The notes beneath the pieces were generated by a model that saw only the letters and a program-made list of their open reading frames with translations, was not told where the DNA came from and searched no databases. Both the position numbers and the translations under genes were made by a program. Of a DNA stretch of 42,662 nt, positions 37,694-42,662 are shown in pieces. The DNA comes from Desulfobulbaceae bacterium (GTDB lineage: Bacteria; Desulfobacterota; Desulfobulbia; Desulfobulbales; Desulfocapsaceae): positions 1-42,662 of the forward strand of contig JAIRRG010000052.1 in NCBI GenBank assembly GCA_031256095.1. The letters run 5' to 3'. The first letter of the stretch is position 1, and every line of letters begins with the position of its first letter.

Positions 37694-38438
37694 GAACTGT
37701 CTCCGGGTTTCTTTATGTTGCTCTGCCTCCGCCTGCTGGCGGCGCCATCCTAATCGCAAACGGAAAATTCAGCGAATAATTCCTGGCCCCGCAAATAAAC
37801 GCCGCGCCCGACTCGGCTTCCCCCCGTTCCAACTGAAAAAGCCGATACGGTCATTGTCATAAACGAGGTTCAGCCACGGCAACGTGAATAAATCTTTACG
37901 AAAACGACATGGTCAATCCCGACGGCCAAAGGGTGGATTCATAGGTCTTGCACATGCAAAAAAACTGAGCGCCAAAGATTCTATGATTCCGTTTCAATGC
38001 CTTAGCTGGAAAAAACGGACTAAAAGGCATAACGGAGTTGACAAAATCGAGATTGCTGATGGTAATGGGAGGTAGGAAATTTGCGGATCGGCCCAAGCCG
38101 CGCCAACCGGCCAAGCTATCAAATTTATGTCGCGGCGGAAAATTTTGTCATTTGATTGAAAATGATGTTATGGATTCAAGACAGTGTTATAACGGAGGGA
38201 ATATGGCTCGGAACTTCCTGGTTTGTATGATCTTTTCTTAAAGTCATTATGCAGCCAGAGAGGCTCTATTTACCGCCCGGCCTGGGCGGCGTCGCGCCTC
38301 ACTAACCAAGGGGAATTGCCATGGCCTTTTACAGACTTTCAGCCAATGAAACGTGGTTTGAGTTTAGTATTCAGACTGGGGAAGCGGGCGCGTTGTCGTC
38401 CGGCGGTTCGGAGAGCGCGGAGGCGAAAGGGTGAGGTC

Positions 38439-41414
38439 ATGAGCGAGCAAGCGAAGAGTCAAACGGTGAAAAATCCTCGGGGGTATCTTAAATCTGGCGA
38501 TTGCGTCATCCTCTATCCGGCATTGACCTCTCCGGCGCTTGTGCCGGTGGGCGACAAGGGCGAACTGAACATTATTCTCGCCGGCAACGAGGATGTAAAA
38601 AGCTACTACGACAACGCGGAGAAGAAGGAGTTTTTGCGCTATTGCCATTCCCATCTGCGCCTGCCGCCCTGGCGCGATCTCTACGGCGAACCGCACCCAA
38701 AAGGGTCTGTGCCGAAAGGCCAGATTTTCAACACAGGCCAGGCCCACTACAATGACTTGTATGATCTCTCCGGTTACCAAAACATGATCTATAAGAGAGA
38801 TCAGCATGATGGCCCTATAAAGGCGTATGACGCGGGGCAATGTGACGGATGGTTTTTGAGAGAATTGAAGCCCGGCAAGGAAGAGGATGGCACGGTATCG
38901 ATTGATGACGGGAAAACGCCTTTCGGCATTCTTGGAAGCTCGGCGGTCGCTATGCTCCTTGGCGCTCCCAAGGATGAAAATAAATATAAATATCTTTTTC
39001 ATCTGCGTTTCTCCGGCATTCAAAACAGAGACGAGGGGATGTACGAGGTGATATGGTTCGCCTGTTGGCGTGATGAAAAAAACCCGGAGAAACCATGGCA
39101 TTATATTCCCAAGGAAGATATCGTGTTGCCGAAATTCACACAAGAAATTGTTCAGGGAGGCGAAAAAGCCAATAACAAACAGAAGCTGCTTCAGCCGGCC
39201 AAGCCGCCTGAGGCAAGCGATGAATCACTGCCGCCGAAGGAAAAGCCGCGTTGTGAAAATAGTTACGCCTTGTTTGACCTGGGGGTACCTTGCGTAACCC
39301 CGGAGCAAAAAAGCTTCGCCAGAAACCAAAACCAACCGCCTGAAAAACAACCTGACTCATCGGTTCCCCCGCTTTCTTGCCTATGGCAAAGCGGCCACCT
39401 GTTTACGCCCAGGCATCCCGTCTATTTTTCCGACAAGCCCTTGCTCGACATCGGCGTTATCGCCGACCCGCATATCTCGTCGAGGCAGAGCCTGTACAAA
39501 ACGGTTGGGGCGAGAGTGATACCCGGCGTCGATAGCTTTGATCAGTCGCAAATTGTTTCAGACGGCAAGGCAAAAATTGTCGCGCCGGAGGCAAGCGACT
39601 CGCCGCTGATTGGGCTGATGGCCCACGAGAATCTGCAAACGGCGCGCGAGTTGTTTGAAAAGATTGGCGCCGCAAGCGATGTCATTGTTTTTGCCGGTGA
39701 TATATACGACCATATCCGCAACCTCAATCCCAAAGCGTATAAAAATCCCGAAGGGAAAACCAGCGTTTTGTGGAACTCTCTCAGGTATCGCAAAAACTAT
39801 GAAAACGACCGGCAAACCTATCCGCGTTTCATTGACGCCATGATGGCCCTGGAGCTTATCTATCAAACCTATGCCGGCGGCAAAGCGGTTATTTACCTGG
39901 CCGGCAACCATGAAGGCTATGAGCGGCCTTACGGCATTTCGCCAAGGGTGCCAAGCGCGACGGTTGACATGGTGAAAGCCAATGAGGGCATCCCGCTTGA
40001 CCATAATTTGACCTTTTACGAGGCGGTGCTGCTCTATGGCGACGCCTATGGCGACTATTATATGGGGAACTATGCCAAAGAGAATTACGACTGGCTTCAT
40101 ACGACCCTGTCGCCATGGAAGGATATATTTATTTCCTATGGCGAAAAACAAAATATAGTCTGCCTGGATTGGGGCAGGGATGAAAAATATGTTGATAACT
40201 TTGTCAGCGGCGGCGATACCTTGCCCCGGGCCAGTCAGGCTATCGACGACAAACAACTGAAGCTGCTGCAACGCGCTCCGGCAAAAGGCGGCCAGAACGG
40301 CGTCGTCAATATTTTATGCAGCCACTTTACCTTTGCCGCTTATACTCCAGGCAAATCCCTTTTTAATGACGCCTTTGCCAGCAATGAGCCGGTTCAGGCG
40401 AAAACAACGACAACATCGGCGACCAAGGAAGGCTACAGCGTTGATGTCGGGACATTCGGCGAGCGGAAAAGCGAGGTATGGTCAATCGCCTGTGAAAAAT
40501 TCACATATATCATTTCCGGCCATACGCACCGGGCGGGCATCTATGAACTCAGCGCCGAAAAGAGCGAGGCATATACTCCCGACTACGGGACGGGACAAAC
40601 GATACAATCCAACAAGATAACGCCGATGTCCGCCATGAAGGATTTGCGCGACGCGATTTTTATCGGCGGCGGGAAAGAAACGCTGGCGCTGGTCAGCGGC
40701 TCCTGCGGCACCTACAACAAGCGCAACATGTTTGGCGAGTTTGCCGGGCACGGCTTCGATGTGCCGCAGGGCATGGTGCTGGAGCCGCGGGGAAAATGGG
40801 TGAAAATCGTTTTGAGCAAGGCGCCCAAGCCGCGCCTGGCCGTGGTTATGGATTATCTGTGGTTTGACGGCAAAGAGCTTTTTGAGCCTGTTCAAGGCAT
40901 CTGGGCTGAATTAACCGCATCCTATCAATTCAATCCCAATCAAACATTACGGAATCTATTCCGCTATCAGGCGGCCGATGGGCGATTCGCTCCCTCCATT
41001 CCTGTTGATTATATGAAGCTGCACGCGGTGACAAATGACGGGACGCATCGGGGATGTCTGCTCATGAAGGTGGAAGACGCCACTGCTAAAACCGTGCAAT
41101 TAGAGGTAACCGGCGCCGATGTTGCGAAGTTTGTTCAATTCGCTGAGTCGAAGGTACCAGATAAAAATTCTCTCTACTACTTTCTAAGCATCCATTTTGG
41201 CGGCAAGAGTTGTTCAGCAAAACACATAGCCGATTACTACGACCTCGCTTCTCCGTGGTGTATGCCGGTAACGTTGAGAAAGCTCAATCCGCGTTGGGGA
41301 AACTATGCCATCCATCGCGGCGGCGGTTTCGGCAATATCACGGGAGAATTGCCTGATTTTGAAAAACTTAAAAAGATTCCTGAATACGCACTAAAACCAA
41401 GCGCACAAAAATGA
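38439..41414 (+). CDS. Large (991 aa) multidomain calcineurin-like metallophosphoesterase of unknown function
   Basis: All five Metallophos (PF00149) motifs occur in order: GVIADPH, FAGDIYDH, LAGNHE, LCSH and SGHTH. The ATG at 38439 follows GGTGAGG. The track ORF from 38223 adds an Arg-rich extension with no RBS. The flanking N- and C-terminal regions are unassignable by eye. Confidence 0.75.
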   Translation: MSEQAKSQTVKNPRGYLKSGDCVILYPALTSPALVPVGDKGELNIILAGNEDVKSYYDNAEKKEFLRYCHSHLRLPPWRDLYGEPHPKGSVPKGQIFNTGQAHYNDLYDLSGYQNMIYKRDQHDGPIKAYDAGQCDGWFLRELKPGKEEDGTVSIDDGKTPFGILGSSAVAMLLGAPKDENKYKYLFHLRFSGIQNRDEGMYEVIWFACWRDEKNPEKPWHYIPKEDIVLPKFTQEIVQGGEKANNKQKLLQPAKPPEASDESLPPKEKPRCENSYALFDLGVPCVTPEQKSFARNQNQPPEKQPDSSVPPLSCLWQSGHLFTPRHPVYFSDKPLLDIGVIADPHISSRQSLYKTVGARVIPGVDSFDQSQIVSDGKAKIVAPEASDSPLIGLMAHENLQTARELFEKIGAASDVIVFAGDIYDHIRNLNPKAYKNPEGKTSVLWNSLRYRKNYENDRQTYPRFIDAMMALELIYQTYAGGKAVIYLAGNHEGYERPYGISPRVPSATVDMVKANEGIPLDHNLTFYEAVLLYGDAYGDYYMGNYAKENYDWLHTTLSPWKDIFISYGEKQNIVCLDWGRDEKYVDNFVSGGDTLPRASQAIDDKQLKLLQRAPAKGGQNGVVNILCSHFTFAAYTPGKSLFNDAFASNEPVQAKTTTTSATKEGYSVDVGTFGERKSEVWSIACEKFTYIISGHTHRAGIYELSAEKSEAYTPDYGTGQTIQSNKITPMSAMKDLRDAIFIGGGKETLALVSGSCGTYNKRNMFGEFAGHGFDVPQGMVLEPRGKWVKIVLSKAPKPRLAVVMDYLWFDGKELFEPVQGIWAELTASYQFNPNQTLRNLFRYQAADGRFAPSIPVDYMKLHAVTNDGTHRGCLLMKVEDATAKTVQLEVTGADVAKFVQFAESKVPDKNSLYYFLSIHFGGKSCSAKHIADYYDLASPWCMPVTLRKLNPRWGNYAIHRGGGFGNITGELPDFEKLKKIPEYALKPSAQK

Positions 41415-41424
41415 GGGTAACGCC

Positions 41425-42662
41425 ATGTCAGAAAAATATACCCTCAAAACTTTTCTCAAGCGTTATCGTTATCACCTGATTGTCCTGCTACTCTTACTTG
41501 GAGGATATTCCATGTATCCAATACAAAATTCTGTCATGTATTCTCCACAGGAGATAAGCGCCAACCCGACGCTGCTGAATCATGGCACCCTTACCGGCAA
41601 GGGATACAGCACGCTTCTGAGTATCGCCAACTGTACCATCACCGGCGCCAGATTGAAAAATATCAGGCTTGATGACCTGAAAGTGGAAAACGTCACCTTT
41701 AAGAATTGCGTATTTGAGAAAGTTGAATCGCTGGGCGCGGTGTTTACGAATGTTATCTTTGATCACTGTACCTTTATCAGCGCCCAATTTGATAAGGGAA
41801 AATTGGATAAGGTCTTGTTTCACGGCGGCAAAATGTATTCCGTCGGCGATCCTGAACGTGTGAATGATAATGGTTATTTCTATGGCACATTTTTTGACAA
41901 TGTCATTTTTGATGACATTGAACTGAATAATGTCAACCTGTGGCCTGTCGGCGAATCTGTTTTTTTTAGAAATATCAGCAAAGTATCTAATCGTGGAGGC
42001 GTAATATCGACTGGCGATAGCATATATGCGCGTATTGATAATTCACATATCAAAGATACCGACTTTGTTACCGCCGGAGATGGCTCATCCATTTACGCGA
42101 CTAACAGCACGCTTTTTCGATCAGGTCTTAGGGGCGGGAAATTCGTATATATTGAAAATTGCGATATGCGACGGACAGGATTGAGTAGTGATGAAGTTCT
42201 GGTCGTGAAAAATTGTGTAGTAGGCGGCGCAGCAAAGGGATCGGAAAACAGCAAATTTTATATTGTTAATTCCAAAACACCAGTAGCACCAGATATAACA
42301 TCAGATGATCCTACAGATCGCGCCCGTGTCGCTTTCGACGGAAAAGATTTGACCGAAGTATATATATTGAATCCATCAGGGCCATTCCGCGCCGGGATAT
42401 ACCGAGGCAGGATAACAGCCATAAATACTGAGCTTGTTGATTTTTATATTGGAGAGGTTCCTGTGGACATTGATCTGAAAGACGTAACCATCCGGGGCGG
42501 CGAATGGAAGGACTTGCGCATGAAAGGCGGCGGCCGCTGGGAGAATGTCAAAATTTATCCGCAAATTACGCTGGAAAATGCCGTGCTGGGCGACATCGAG
42601 GCTTATAACCTGACCTTTCCCGAAGGCAATCCCTGGGTCGGCAACGCCAAATCCAACTTGAA
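41425..42662 (+). CDS. Membrane-anchored pentapeptide-repeat / beta-helix protein (3-prime partial, runs off the window)
   Basis: It is not in the ORF track. I translated it codon by codon from ATG 41425 (RBS GAGGG, 10 nt after the upstream stop) to 42660 and found no stop. The N-terminal TM is YHLIVLLLLLGGY. About 14 consecutive 5-residue repeats follow (NCTIT GARLK NIRLD DLKVE NVTFK NCVFE ... NVIFD HCTFI SAQFD). Confidence 0.75.
   Translation, partial: MSEKYTLKTFLKRYRYHLIVLLLLLGGYSMYPIQNSVMYSPQEISANPTLLNHGTLTGKGYSTLLSIANCTITGARLKNIRLDDLKVENVTFKNCVFEKVESLGAVFTNVIFDHCTFISAQFDKGKLDKVLFHGGKMYSVGDPERVNDNGYFYGTFFDNVIFDDIELNNVNLWPVGESVFFRNISKVSNRGGVISTGDSIYARIDNSHIKDTDFVTAGDGSSIYATNSTLFRSGLRGGKFVYIENCDMRRTGLSSDEVLVVKNCVVGGAAKGSENSKFYIVNSKTPVAPDITSDDPTDRARVAFDGKDLTEVYILNPSGPFRAGIYRGRITAINTELVDFYIGEVPVDIDLKDVTIRGGEWKDLRMKGGGRWENVKIYPQITLENAVLGDIEAYNLTFPEGNPWVGNAKSNL

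Noticed and set aside
37694-37880. A possible c-di-AMP (ydaO-type) riboswitch in the GC-rich leader of kup. The minus strand reads ACGGGGGGAAGCCGAG...GCGGGGCCAGGAAUU.
   Set aside because: Only a loose resemblance to the ACGGGGA / GGGGUGAAUCC blocks is present. I could not find the conserved CCCGAA..CCGUCAGCUAACC half or the pseudo-twofold architecture. Rfam cmscan (ydaO-yuaA model) on the minus strand would settle it.
37884-38241. Small basic ORFs (63-72 aa) in the kup-phosphoesterase spacer could be regulators or antitoxin-like genes.
   Set aside because: They have GTG/TTG starts without an RBS, and they overlap each other on both strands. Their lysine/arginine-rich translations look like random AT-rich sequence.
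38223-38438. The ORF-track start gives the phosphoesterase ORF a 72-aa N-terminal extension. Similar long starts exist for leuS (3746), rpsF (7433), obg (9493), argC (16848), polA (31734) and kup (37759).
   Set aside because: The extensions are Arg-rich or low-complexity, lack a Shine-Dalgarno site and sometimes overlap the upstream gene. Internal ATGs preceded by GGAGG-like sites coincide with the conserved N-termini.

Overview
This is 42.7 kb of chromosome from a Gram-negative, GC-rich bacterium. Core genes look roughly 60% G+C by eye. The gene orders rpsF-rpsR-DUF2232-rplI / dnaB-leuS-lptE, rplU-rpmA-obg-proB and rplM-rpsI-argC-truA resemble Desulfobacterota/deltaproteobacterial genomes, but that taxonomic guess is inference only. 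Most of the window is ordinary housekeeping: seven ribosomal protein genes, leuS, obg, truA, a ttcA-like gene, dnaB, polA, proB, hisB, argC, glyA, elbB, pgeF, a mazG-like gene, a livKHMGF-type ABC importer, kup and one tRNA-Gly(GCC). I saw no rRNA, CRISPR array, integrase or intact transposase. Several visibly AT-richer insertions interrupt this backbone. (1) 32.2-35.7 kb holds a tightly overlapping five-gene minus-strand operon: a radical SAM enzyme with an N-terminal zinc ribbon, an ICMT/PEMT-like membrane methyltransferase, a Cys-rich polytopic membrane protein, an Lgt-family paralog and a small TM protein. It is my best candidate for an undescribed lipid or lipoprotein tailoring system. 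(2) From 38.4 kb to the window end lies a 991-aa multidomain metallophosphoesterase. It is translationally coupled to a membrane-anchored pentapeptide-repeat protein that is missing from the ORF track because it runs off the window. (3) A TM + Sel1-repeat gene bracketed by REP-like palindromic repeats is inserted inside the liv operon. (4) 19.9-21.1 kb is a 1.2-kb AT-rich gene desert with a decayed IS481-like transposase relic. (5) Single-gene insertions include a tandem AP2-domain protein, a pRiA4b-ORF3-like protein and an unknown membrane protein. The ORF track translates GTG/TTG starts as M and reports the longest ORFs, so I trimmed several starts to internal ATGs with Shine-Dalgarno sites. 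All homology statements come from motif recognition by eye, not from searches.
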